NCBI GenBank assembly: GCA_963782525.1
Contig: CAWAKC010000003.1
Location: 399,548 to 463,547, forward strand
Source of the DNA: Candidatus Bathyarchaeota archaeon
GTDB lineage: Archaea > Thermoproteota > Bathyarchaeia > Bathyarchaeales > Bathycorpusculaceae
Direction of reading: 5' to 3'
DNA: 64,000 nucleotides
This document shows positions 53,694 to 62,420 of this stretch, one piece after another. The position numbers and the translations under genes are program-made. Below the pieces are notes generated by a model that made no database searches, had not been told where the DNA came from, and saw only the letters and a program-made list of their open reading frames with translations. How positions within the stretch are numbered: position 1 is the stretch's first letter; each line of letters opens with the position of its first letter.

Positions 53694-54260
53694 ATGAGTG
53701 AAAAGAAAACGATCTTGAAAGTTCCTGAAGCATACAAGGGGCTTTTGGAAGATATCCGACTCCTAAAATCAGACGAAGCCAACCCCAACAAGATGACTAA
53801 CAAGCAAAAAGAACAGGTTTGGAAAAGCCTGCAAAAGCACGGCTGGATCTACCCCATTGTCACCGATTTGAAAGGTGTCTTTGGGGACGGAGAACAACGT
53901 GTCCAGGTATGCAAAGATCACAATGAGTTCTTTGCGCCAGTGCTTAGGCTTGCCCTCTCGGATTCTCAGAGGCGACTTCTAAGGCAGACTCTAAACAAGC
54001 TTAGAGGTAAGCATAACAGGGAGCTTGATGAAGCCGATTACAAGCGCATAATTGAGGCTGGCGAGAAAGAAGATTTGCAGGCGCTGTTGACGGCGATTGG
54101 CGAGAAAATTCCTGAAGATCTAGGCGGACCTCGTGAGGGCTCTATGTTGATTCCTGAAAGCTACGAGTTGGTCATTGAGTGCAAGGATGAGACTGACCAG
54201 AAAGCCAAGTTTGACCAATTAACCGCTCAGGGGTATGCTGTAAGGGTGTTGAATCTCTAA
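53694..54260 (+). CDS. ParB/Srx-like N-terminal domain protein
   Basis: ANPNKM...SLQKHGWIYPIVTD...GDGEQR...LNKLRG. Confidence 0.8.
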   Translation: MSEKKTILKVPEAYKGLLEDIRLLKSDEANPNKMTNKQKEQVWKSLQKHGWIYPIVTDLKGVFGDGEQRVQVCKDHNEFFAPVLRLALSDSQRRLLRQTLNKLRGKHNRELDEADYKRIIEAGEKEDLQALLTAIGEKIPEDLGGPREGSMLIPESYELVIECKDETDQKAKFDQLTAQGYAVRVLNL

Positions 54261-54943
54261 TGGACTTTGACTTCTATAACACCTGGAATGAGCCTGACAG
54301 TTTCCGAGCCCAAAGCGTCATAGGAAGCTTCACCCTAAACGACGTTAAGCTGCAGAAGCACTTCAAGGGATCCCTACCCATTGAAGATGATGATTGGCAA
54401 ATAGGCATAATAGTTGGCCGCAGCGGCTCCGGCAAGAGCAGTATCGCTAAGAAGCTTTTCCCTAAAGAGTACATTACAGGTTTTGAGTATAAGGGCAAAT
54501 GTATCCTGGATGATTATCCTGAAGACTTAGGCACGAGTCATATTACCCATATGCTTTGTAGTGTGGGTTTTGCTTCTCCTCCGGATTGGTTGAAGGCTTA
54601 TGGTTGCCTTAGTCAGGGGGAGAAGATGCGTGTTGACGTGGCAAGGGCACTTTGCTTGGATCAGAAACGAATTGTTTTTGATGAGTTTACTAGTGTAGTT
54701 GACCGGGAGGTTGCTAAGATTGGTTCGTATGCGATTAGTAGGGCTGTGCGTAATCAACCTGGGAAACAATTTATAGCTGTAACTTGCCACTTTGACGTCA
54801 TCGACTGGCTGGAAGTCGATTGGGTCTTTAACACCGATACGATGGAGTTTTTTAAAAAAAAAGAACCCACCCAACAATTGAGCTCCAAGTGCAGCGGTGC
54901 AACAACGCTATGTGGAAGAGTTTTCGGCAATATCATTATCTAA
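54260..54943 (+). CDS. ABC-type ATPase (phage-type, no TM partner)
   Basis: GRSGSGKS, LSQGEKMR, VFDEFTSVVDR, VTCH. Confidence 0.88.
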   Translation: MDFDFYNTWNEPDSFRAQSVIGSFTLNDVKLQKHFKGSLPIEDDDWQIGIIVGRSGSGKSSIAKKLFPKEYITGFEYKGKCILDDYPEDLGTSHITHMLCSVGFASPPDWLKAYGCLSQGEKMRVDVARALCLDQKRIVFDEFTSVVDREVAKIGSYAISRAVRNQPGKQFIAVTCHFDVIDWLEVDWVFNTDTMEFFKKKEPTQQLSSKCSGATTLCGRVFGNIII

Positions 54944-55344
54944 ATGGAAAGCTCGGCGCCGGAGTCAGATGCTACGTTGCAGTCTTCAACGAGATACCTA
55001 TTGGTTTTGTTGCGGTTGTGCATACACGAATGAAAGCAAATTACTTTCGCATTAGCCGCCTTGTGGTCTTGCCAGACTACCAAGGCATAGGCTTAGGAAA
55101 AAGGCTGCTGAACTTTATAGCTGAGTTCTATACTTCTCAAATCAACCTACCCTTCTATCTGGTTACTTCGAATCCTCAGCTTGTCCGAGGCAACTTGGGC
55201 AACTGGCGAGTGAAGCGTGTCGGGCATGGCACAGCTGGAAGCGAAGACACAAGAATTAACTCAGAACTCACCAAGAGCAACAGCAAACGACGCCTAAGCG
55301 TAACCCTACAGTACACACCTAAGCTGAAATCTGGAGGTTTGTAG
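54889..55344 (+). CDS. GNAT acetyltransferase, in the -1 frame relative to the ABC ATPase
   Basis: WKSFRQYHYL, RISRLVVLPDYQGIGLG (acetyl-CoA motif A), TSNP. Confidence 0.88.
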   Translation: MQRCNNAMWKSFRQYHYLNGKLGAGVRCYVAVFNEIPIGFVAVVHTRMKANYFRISRLVVLPDYQGIGLGKRLLNFIAEFYTSQINLPFYLVTSNPQLVRGNLGNWRVKRVGHGTAGSEDTRINSELTKSNSKRRLSVTLQYTPKLKSGGL

Positions 55345-55487
55345 TGCCAAAATACTGCAAAGGTAAATGTGGCAGAAAAATTTCCTACCAAAACAAAACC
55401 GGTTACTGCAAAGAATGCTTTGGCCGCTTCATTCTTAGCCCTAAGGGTGCTAACGCAAGTAGGCGAGATGCTTCAAAACAAAAATAA
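55344..55487 (+). CDS. 47-aa zinc-finger microprotein
   Basis: YCKGKCG...YCKEC; GTG overlaps the GNAT stop; ggagg RBS. Confidence 0.55.
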   Translation: MPKYCKGKCGRKISYQNKTGYCKECFGRFILSPKGANASRRDASKQK

Positions 55488-55525
55488 TTTTAGGTTATTC
55501 AAATTGCATGCGACCAAAAAAGGAT

Positions 55526-57529
55526 TTAACGGATGTATTGTTCGTCATTTTTTTGACGATTGGATGAGCTTCCCTTTTTTCTATTTTTGCTAAGTCCAAC
55601 AATGACTAAGACTACTCCTATAACCAAAACAGCCCCGATAAAAACCAACTCTAAAATTTGGAAAAATGGCGTCAACGGTAAACCGTTCACTTCACCATAC
55701 GAAGGATAAGATATCTGGCGCAGGGCATCCATCACTCGCCCAGAATCAGACCAAACCCTCACTGTCACGGCAGTTGTGTAGTCAGGATAGGTTTTGTCAA
55801 GAGGAACACGCACAACCCAGCAGGGAAAAAGCGTTTGGGGATCCCGCAGAACTGTCGCTAAACTTGCTGTGGAGCCATCGCCAATTCCTAAGCCGCTTAC
55901 AACCGCTGATGCGGTCGGGTTCAGGGGCGCCATATAACTGTAACCTTTAACATAATTTTCCGCGATGTTGATTGCCTGCTCCTCTGAAATACTTATTGAA
56001 GTATCTCCAATTTGGTAGAGCGCTCGGGTATCTGAAAAGAAGATTTCATGTATGTTTTCTCTTCCTTCTTCAAAAAGCAATACAACTCCTGTATAGTCAG
56101 CGCCATTAACGTAATGGTACCAGCCATATGACTCCTGGCTATAGGAATCGAAGAAATGCTGCCGTGTTCCATTTCTTCCAACAAACAGCAGGTTACTTGA
56201 AATCACAATTGAACTGTCTGCGGTGCCAACATTAAGTGACATTTGCTCTACTTCTGGGTCACCAGTCCAAACGTAGTAGTTATGAATTATGCTTTGTGTC
56301 TTTTCCGAGTAGTTGCTTAAGCTGGTGTTGGCAAGTAAAATCTTTCCATAGCAGAACAAATCGCAGTAAACGATGTTGCCATCGACCACTGTGATTTTTG
56401 CTTCAACAGACCGGTGCCCATAACTTTGAAGCTCATACTCTAGGTATTCTGTTGGCTGGTAAGCTAAAGGTGTTGACATCTTGTCAGGGGCAATAGAGGT
56501 TTGATAGTCAAATGAGGTAAGCACTGGTGTATACGTGTTCATGTCAAGCCCTATTGCGTCTTTAAAGAAAGACACTGCCTTTGCTTGACTGCTTAGGTTT
56601 GGTGCCTCAGCAGCCTGCTTTGTCATGTAGTATGGCACAGTTGGAATTGGCTTGTCAATGTTGACCTGTGAGGTAAGTGGGTAACGGTCAATGAAACTAA
56701 AATCTGGAGCGATAGCATCATAGTTTGTAAATATTATTTTTGGTGTCGCTCCAATGCCTAAGCTGTCTCCTGCTCCTGTGTAGTCGCTCCAGTAGTTACC
56801 GCTTACACTGTTGTCCCAAGGCAAAATTTGGCTCTGGTCAGGTCTTCCACGTGTGCTGATTGTTCCATCATCAAGCTCTACTGTGTTGTTAATGAAGTTG
56901 TTACCGTAAATCATTTGGTTCCACGCTTGAGCGATAAGAACAACGGCGCGCTCAGCACAGTTTTCTATAGTGTTTTGAACAACTAGGTTTCCAGAATCAT
57001 AGAAACAAAGACCATGTTGGTTATCAACTATTTTGTTGCCTGCAATATAGGTTAATCCTCCAGGACCAATCAAAATTGCGCCAACATTGTTTTCGATGTC
57101 GTTTTCAATTATTAGGTAATATTGAGCGTAGATTTTTATGGCGTAATCACTGCATTGGTTAATAACACAATTTTTCACTGTATTATTATCGTAAACTCCC
57201 AAGATGCCACATTTCCAATCAACAAACCTGAAATTTTGAATAGTAACATTTTCGCATTCTAATTCTATTGCAACATTGTTTCCATCGCCGACCATGGTAT
57301 ATCCTTTGCCGTCGAGGATTATGTTGCTTGATTTTACATCTATTGGGGTGCTGAGATCTGAGGTTAAGGTGTAGAGTCTGCCATTTCGATTTATCGGTGC
57401 TAATGTGGGGTTTATGCTTCCGTCTGGGTTAATAGTTATTGGTTGCGCGGTTGTTGGGGAAGCGATTGGGAGAGCGGCTATTGAAAACAAGATTGCTATT
57501 GTCAGTAGAATTGCTAAGGTTTTTCTCAA
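55526..57529 (-). CDS. Secreted NosD/beta-helix surface protein with C-terminal TM anchor
   Basis: Signal peptide, ITINPDGSI, PbH1 repeats, GNYWSDY, DRYPL, TM plus basic tail. Confidence 0.85.
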   Translation of the reverse strand: MRKTLAILLTIAILFSIAALPIASPTTAQPITINPDGSINPTLAPINRNGRLYTLTSDLSTPIDVKSSNIILDGKGYTMVGDGNNVAIELECENVTIQNFRFVDWKCGILGVYDNNTVKNCVINQCSDYAIKIYAQYYLIIENDIENNVGAILIGPGGLTYIAGNKIVDNQHGLCFYDSGNLVVQNTIENCAERAVVLIAQAWNQMIYGNNFINNTVELDDGTISTRGRPDQSQILPWDNSVSGNYWSDYTGAGDSLGIGATPKIIFTNYDAIAPDFSFIDRYPLTSQVNIDKPIPTVPYYMTKQAAEAPNLSSQAKAVSFFKDAIGLDMNTYTPVLTSFDYQTSIAPDKMSTPLAYQPTEYLEYELQSYGHRSVEAKITVVDGNIVYCDLFCYGKILLANTSLSNYSEKTQSIIHNYYVWTGDPEVEQMSLNVGTADSSIVISSNLLFVGRNGTRQHFFDSYSQESYGWYHYVNGADYTGVVLLFEEGRENIHEIFFSDTRALYQIGDTSISISEEQAINIAENYVKGYSYMAPLNPTASAVVSGLGIGDGSTASLATVLRDPQTLFPCWVVRVPLDKTYPDYTTAVTVRVWSDSGRVMDALRQISYPSYGEVNGLPLTPFFQILELVFIGAVLVIGVVLVIVGLSKNRKKGSSSNRQKNDEQYIR

Positions 57530-57831
57530 GTTACCGAGCCCATATTGTAAATGAAATATAAATAGATTTAAGATTTGGGGAAAGTGCGCGATAACTTAGA
57601 AGGGGCATAATTATCTTGGTAGTTACCACTATAATACTTAATCATCCTTACCAAAAATCTTTGAAAGTAATTTACTCGATATTCTTGAGTGCAATTGCTT
57701 AAAGGCAAGCGCTTCTTAATGTAATTATTCGAGTTAGCCTCTTGCAAGCAAGCGATTAGTTTTCCTCGCCTCCTTAGCTGGAGCGTGAACGTTTTGCAGC
57801 GGTTTCTGTCATTGTTCATAATTTCGTTTGG

Positions 57832-58113
57832 GTGTTGGTTATGCCTCATAAAAGAAGTTATCATGGAAAAACTATTCAGCGGGAGCGAGAGCAAGATTAC
57901 GCTGCGATTAAGGTTCAGCGTAAGGCGGCTTGGCAATACATTAGGGAGACTGAGTTTCGTGATCGCTTGATTGGCGAGACCGTTTGTCGAACTGATATTA
58001 ATACGATTACTGATGAGTTAGCAAAGCTTTTTGGTCAGCCTGAATCTGAGGCTATTCCCAACGTTGAGCAGGGTTTGGTTCTTGATGGTCCGTTAAAGGA
58101 GTTTTTTTTCTGA
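57832..58113 (+). CDS. Viral hypothetical protein
   Basis: Coupled to the next ORF (TGATG). Confidence 0.55.
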   Translation: MLVMPHKRSYHGKTIQREREQDYAAIKVQRKAAWQYIRETEFRDRLIGETVCRTDINTITDELAKLFGQPESEAIPNVEQGLVLDGPLKEFFF

Positions 58114-58370
58114 TGCCTGAAGATCCGTTGAGGCCTGATTATAGCTTGTGCCCCAGTTGCCCCGAGATCAAGAAGAAAATAGACCGCATCGACTTGGCGC
58201 TTTTGGGAGAGGATGGCACCGGCTTGAATGGCGGAATAGTCAAAGCCATAACTGATCTACAAAAGAAGGGCAGAGTGCAGGCCAGCTGGACGAGCTTCTC
58301 CAAGCCCATAGCTATAGCCGCTATAAGCTCAGTCATCACCTACGGCTTAACCTATGTTCTAACTCATTAA
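58113..58370 (+). CDS. Small viral membrane protein (coiled coil + C-terminal TM)
   Basis: CPSC, ALLGEDGTG...GIV, terminal hydrophobic helix. Confidence 0.6.
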   Translation: MPEDPLRPDYSLCPSCPEIKKKIDRIDLALLGEDGTGLNGGIVKAITDLQKKGRVQASWTSFSKPIAIAAISSVITYGLTYVLTH

Positions 58371-58378
58371 AAGTTCTA

Positions 58379-59629
58379 TTATAGCGCTCGTTGAAGTTTC
58401 CAGCGTTTTCCGAACAGAACCGCAAAAAAGCCAATTGCCATAGCAATTGTTGGGATTGCAATGAGCGGAAACTCTGGTACAAACGTTATCTGGTTCCCTT
58501 GAGCATTGAGCTTTCCAATCCAAACATAAGAAGTCATGTCTTGCGGGACCTTTGGGGTTGACTGGATAGTGCTAGCTACCGCATAACCGCCATCACTCGT
58601 CGAAGTCAACAAAAATGTTGTTACAGCGTAGGAATTATTTCCGACGAATCCGTCAAAAGTTACATTTCTGCTCCAAAGTAAATTGCCATCTGCATCTATT
58701 TTATCGAGCAATCCACTACAAAGAACATAGCCGCCATCACTGGCGCTAACCATTGTCGAGGGAATACCTGTGCTGGGGTAATTCTTTAACCAAAGCTGAT
58801 TTCCCGCGGAATCTACTTTGACCAAACCAACACCCCCATAAGTACTGCGATTCCACATCAACCCAGCCATAACATAGCTGCCATCAGTATTCTGAATTAT
58901 CGAAGAACCCCCATCTTTGTCTTGGCTTCCGTATGTTTTGCTCCATTTGAAATTTCCATTATCGTCGGTCTTGACAAGCAAAAAATCTTCATTTTGCGTG
59001 GTACCCACCATTGCATATCCCCCGTCGCTTGTGAGAATTAAAGAGCTTGCAGCGCCAATTCCTGCTTGGGAATAGCTATGGCTCCAAACAATGTTACCTG
59101 AAGAATCCACTTTAATTAGGCAACACATATCGCTGCCCCCAAAGTCACCGGATGATCCTGCAAGCGTATAGCCACCGTCGCTCGTTTGGAGTATTGCATC
59201 TGCTCTGTTCATCTGACTATAGCTTCTGTTCCAAAGCATATTGCCGGATGCATCAGTCTTTATCAAGTCAGCGTTATAGTTGGCGGTCCCTGCAATTGCA
59301 TATCCTCCGTCATCTGTTTGAATAACACATAGCCCCCTAGCAGTGCCCGAGGTGCCATAGGTTTTATTCCACTCCTGACTTCCGTGGGCATCAGTCTTCA
59401 AGAGCCAAGCCTCAAGCCGCCCGCCATCGGTAACGTTTGTTTCCCCTGAGATTAGGAAGCCGCCATCTCTAGCTTGAATTAGGGATTCAGCACGATCCTT
59501 GTTGGTTCCCACAAAGGCACATATCCAATTGCTTGAAGGGTCTACAGCTGTCACGATAGCTGAATAAGGTAAGGATATGGAAAGGCAAAGCAATGAAACA
59601 ACAAGGACATTGAAGACTTTAAGTCTCAA
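58379..59629 (-). CDS. Secreted beta-propeller repeat protein with PEF-CTERM-like sorting signal
   Basis: Repeats QTxDGGY...LxKxDxxGNxxWxxxY; VPEFP-TM-basic tail. Confidence 0.88.
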   Translation of the reverse strand: MRLKVFNVLVVSLLCLSISLPYSAIVTAVDPSSNWICAFVGTNKDRAESLIQARDGGFLISGETNVTDGGRLEAWLLKTDAHGSQEWNKTYGTSGTARGLCVIQTDDGGYAIAGTANYNADLIKTDASGNMLWNRSYSQMNRADAILQTSDGGYTLAGSSGDFGGSDMCCLIKVDSSGNIVWSHSYSQAGIGAASSLILTSDGGYAMVGTTQNEDFLLVKTDDNGNFKWSKTYGSQDKDGGSSIIQNTDGSYVMAGLMWNRSTYGGVGLVKVDSAGNQLWLKNYPSTGIPSTMVSASDGGYVLCSGLLDKIDADGNLLWSRNVTFDGFVGNNSYAVTTFLLTSTSDGGYAVASTIQSTPKVPQDMTSYVWIGKLNAQGNQITFVPEFPLIAIPTIAMAIGFFAVLFGKRWKLQRAL

Positions 59630-59800
59630 TTCAGGTCACACGTTTCTTTATGTAACGATATTGTTATAAAATTTACTGACTTACCTCGCTTGTAGGTCCT
59701 CATGGGCGACCGTGTTTTTCATAATTGCCAGCTCTCAAGAAGAATTTAAAAATTTTTCATACAAGCACGAGAACAATCAAAAAATGACTCTATTAACGTT

Positions 59801-59983
59801 GTGAGGGATTGTTTGGAACCTGAAGAATTTATTGAACAAGTCAAGAAGACCTTTAGCCGCGCGTCTGTTTTACCTGATTGGATGCAGCAGATTCTTTTAG
59901 AAGACATAAACGCTGCAATAGAAAACCGCATCCGCACGATGGAACTGATCATTCAAGCTAAACCCAGGAAACCTGAACAATAA
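59801..59983 (+). CDS. Small viral hypothetical protein
   Basis: LPDWMQQILLEDINAAIENRI. Confidence 0.5.
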   Translation: MRDCLEPEEFIEQVKKTFSRASVLPDWMQQILLEDINAAIENRIRTMELIIQAKPRKPEQ

Positions 59984-60006
59984 CAACTTGTAGAGGAGAG
60001 CATTAT

Positions 60007-60267
60007 TTGATAAGACGGTCAATTTTTGAGTGTTCATTGGATATTCTGGAAGCAGTGCGAAAACCAAAGATCCTCACGCACATTATGTATGAAAGCAACG
60101 TTAACTGCATTATTCTAAAGCCACTCCTTGAAGACCTGACCAAGAAGGGTTTGATCACCACAATAGAGATGCACAGAGGAGTTCCCCGGAAGCATTATGT
60201 GCTTTCTCAGAAGGGCTTGGATTTGCTCTGCTCTGTTAGACGTGCCGCCGAGTTGCTGCAGGCTTAG
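60007..60267 (+). CDS. Archaeal winged-helix transcription regulator
   Basis: RRSIFE...DIL...THIMYESNVN...L..L.KKGLI...YVLSQKG. Confidence 0.85.
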   Translation: MIRRSIFECSLDILEAVRKPKILTHIMYESNVNCIILKPLLEDLTKKGLITTIEMHRGVPRKHYVLSQKGLDLLCSVRRAAELLQA

Positions 60268-60272
60268 AGGGC

Positions 60273-60929
60273 ATGGTTGTGGTCGATTTCGATGGAAGAG
60301 GCTTTAGGGATAAGAAAAAAACCCCTAATTTGCCTCAACAGTACCAGGGGGGGGATAAACAGGTAAAGCCTCCATGCGTGCACATGAATTTGCCCTTATT
60401 CCACCGGCGTAAGACGATGCTTGTTACCTATTATAGCGGTCGTCTTAATCCTGCTGCCCTTAAGCAAATGGCACTTGATTTTGGGTGTTCACAGAAGGCT
60501 CTTTTGAATGATTGGGTTGATCGAGCCAATTGGGAGCCTTTTATTTGGGAGTCTGAGCAGGCCAATAAGGATGGTAAGGACCTGCTTAATCAGTTACAGC
60601 TTGCTCGTGAAGAGGCGCTTTATTTGATGAAGACTTGCAAGGTTCCTAATGCTCGTGTCGGGGCGATTGCTCGTTTCACTGAGGCGATTAAAACTGAGAT
60701 TGAACTTAAGCAGAGTCTTGGGCTTTTGCCGAGAGCAAAAGTTGAACCTAGTGTGAATGTGGAAGTGAATGTCGCATCTAAAACCGAACATGTGCTCCTT
60801 GCAGAATACGCCGGCGTCATATCGGAAGCTGCAACTCTTAACAGCAATCTTTCAAGAGTACGTGTTGGAGAATCCTTGGATTCCAAATCGTCCTCATCCA
60901 CTGACGGGAAAGAGCGGTCCGACTCCTAA
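60273..60929 (+). CDS. Putative terminase small subunit
   Basis: HTH-like segment plus helices; immediately upstream of and overlapping terL. Confidence 0.55.
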   Translation: MVVVDFDGRGFRDKKKTPNLPQQYQGGDKQVKPPCVHMNLPLFHRRKTMLVTYYSGRLNPAALKQMALDFGCSQKALLNDWVDRANWEPFIWESEQANKDGKDLLNQLQLAREEALYLMKTCKVPNARVGAIARFTEAIKTEIELKQSLGLLPRAKVEPSVNVEVNVASKTEHVLLAEYAGVISEAATLNSNLSRVRVGESLDSKSSSSTDGKERSDS

Positions 60930-62277
60930 GCAGGCAAAGTTTCTTTTGTTGCTTGATTGTTTGGAGGCTTTGTTTGGTGGCGCTGCAGGAGGCGGAAAGT
61001 CGGATGCTTTGCTTATGGCTGCCGCGATGTTTTTGGATGTTCCAGGGTATGCCGCAATTATTTTTCGGCGTAGCTTCACAGATCTAAATAAGCCTAGCGC
61101 TTTGATCTCGAGAAGTTTTGAGTGGTGGGGTAAGACTTCTGCTCGTTGGGATGGGATTAATCATACGTGGCATTTTCCTTCGGGTGCGTCGTTGACTTTT
61201 GGGTTTTTGGAGAATGATCGAGATGTTTTTCATCATCAGAGTGCGGAGTACCAGTTTGAGGGTTGGGATGAGATCACCCAGTTTACTGAGTATTCTTATC
61301 GTTACATGATAAGTCGTATGCGTCGGCTTAAACGGTTTGAGTGGCTTCCTCTGCGTGTTCGTGCTGCATCCAATCCGCCGCATAAGATTGGGGGCGTTGT
61401 GCAGGGGTATTGGGTTAAGGGTTATTTTTTGCCTTGGTTTATGTGCCATCGTTGTGGTTTTAAGATGCAGACTGAAGATTTAGACCTCGCAATTTGCCCT
61501 GAGTGTAATAGTTCTGAGAGTCATGTTGAGTTTAATTGTGATGCGGAAAGCAATGATCCGCGAGTTTTTATTCCTTCAACTTTGGATGACAACATTTTCC
61601 TGGATAAGACAAGTTACATTAAAAGTCTAAATCGGCTGGATCCTATTACCCGTGAGCAGCTGCGTCGGGGTAGCTGGAAAGTCAGTTCAAGCGGGATGCT
61701 TAAGCGGGAGTGGTTTGTTAACGGCAAAGAGCGCCTACTCATTAATGCTTCAGCTATACCTGAGAAGGCTAGGCGGGTGCGGGTTTGGGATTTGGCTTGT
61801 ACTGAAGAGGGCGATGCTCCTGACCCCGATTATACAAGCGCTCTAAGAGCTGCTATGGTTGAGGGGCACATGTACATTGAGGATGTCAGGCGTTTCCGTG
61901 GCAGTCCTTCAAGGATTCAGAGCGAGATGGCGGCTTGTGCAGAATTAGATGGTCAAACAATGCCTATTCACATCGAGCAGGAAAAGGGTTCAGCTGGAAA
62001 GAACTTAATTGATCTCATTAGCCGCACCACGTTATTGGGGTATGTCGTGGTTAGTGAGTCGCCGACTGGTGAGAAAGCTGTCAGGGCTACCCCGTTGGCG
62101 AATGCTGCGGAGCGTGGGCATGTGCATTTGGTGCGTGGCCAGTGGAACAGTGCTTTCCTAGATGAGGCGGAGTTTTTTCCCTCGGGCAAGCATAAGGACC
62201 AGATCGATACGGCTGCTTATGCCTACAACATCTTGGCGATGGTTAAGAAGAGACCCAAGGCGGCAAATGCATCATGA
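60769..62277 (+). CDS. terL: Terminase large subunit with zinc-ribbon insertion
   Basis: FGGAAGGGKS, GWDEITQF, ASNP, nuclease WDLA...DPDYTS...EQE...HKDQID. Confidence 0.93.
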   Translation: MSHLKPNMCSLQNTPASYRKLQLLTAIFQEYVLENPWIPNRPHPLTGKSGPTPKQAKFLLLLDCLEALFGGAAGGGKSDALLMAAAMFLDVPGYAAIIFRRSFTDLNKPSALISRSFEWWGKTSARWDGINHTWHFPSGASLTFGFLENDRDVFHHQSAEYQFEGWDEITQFTEYSYRYMISRMRRLKRFEWLPLRVRAASNPPHKIGGVVQGYWVKGYFLPWFMCHRCGFKMQTEDLDLAICPECNSSESHVEFNCDAESNDPRVFIPSTLDDNIFLDKTSYIKSLNRLDPITREQLRRGSWKVSSSGMLKREWFVNGKERLLINASAIPEKARRVRVWDLACTEEGDAPDPDYTSALRAAMVEGHMYIEDVRRFRGSPSRIQSEMAACAELDGQTMPIHIEQEKGSAGKNLIDLISRTTLLGYVVVSESPTGEKAVRATPLANAAERGHVHLVRGQWNSAFLDEAEFFPSGKHKDQIDTAAYAYNILAMVKKRPKAANAS

Positions 62278-62414
62278 AGAAACGTTTAGGAAAAATCTTT
62301 GCAGGCAAAAACAGAGCCGAGGGCACAGATCGCTTTGCTGATTTTGACCCAGAGTTTAAGGACCTGCAAAAGCAGGGCGCAATTAGGGTTTTAAGTACTG
62401 CATCGGATCGGTAG
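62274..62414 (+). CDS. 46-aa viral protein between terL and portal
   Basis: ATGA overlap with the terL stop; MKKRLGKIF... Confidence 0.5.
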   Translation: MKKRLGKIFAGKNRAEGTDRFADFDPEFKDLQKQGAIRVLSTASDR

Positions 62415-62420
62415 AGAATC

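Noticed and set aside
54260-54943. ABC transporter
   Set aside because: No permease or binding protein; the context is viral and linked to a GNAT.
2681-62189. Numerous antisense or nested ORFs from the track (e.g. 2681, 4286, 21614, 33077, 41111, 44365, 50132, 61084)
   Set aside because: They are shadows of longer genes with recognisable motifs.
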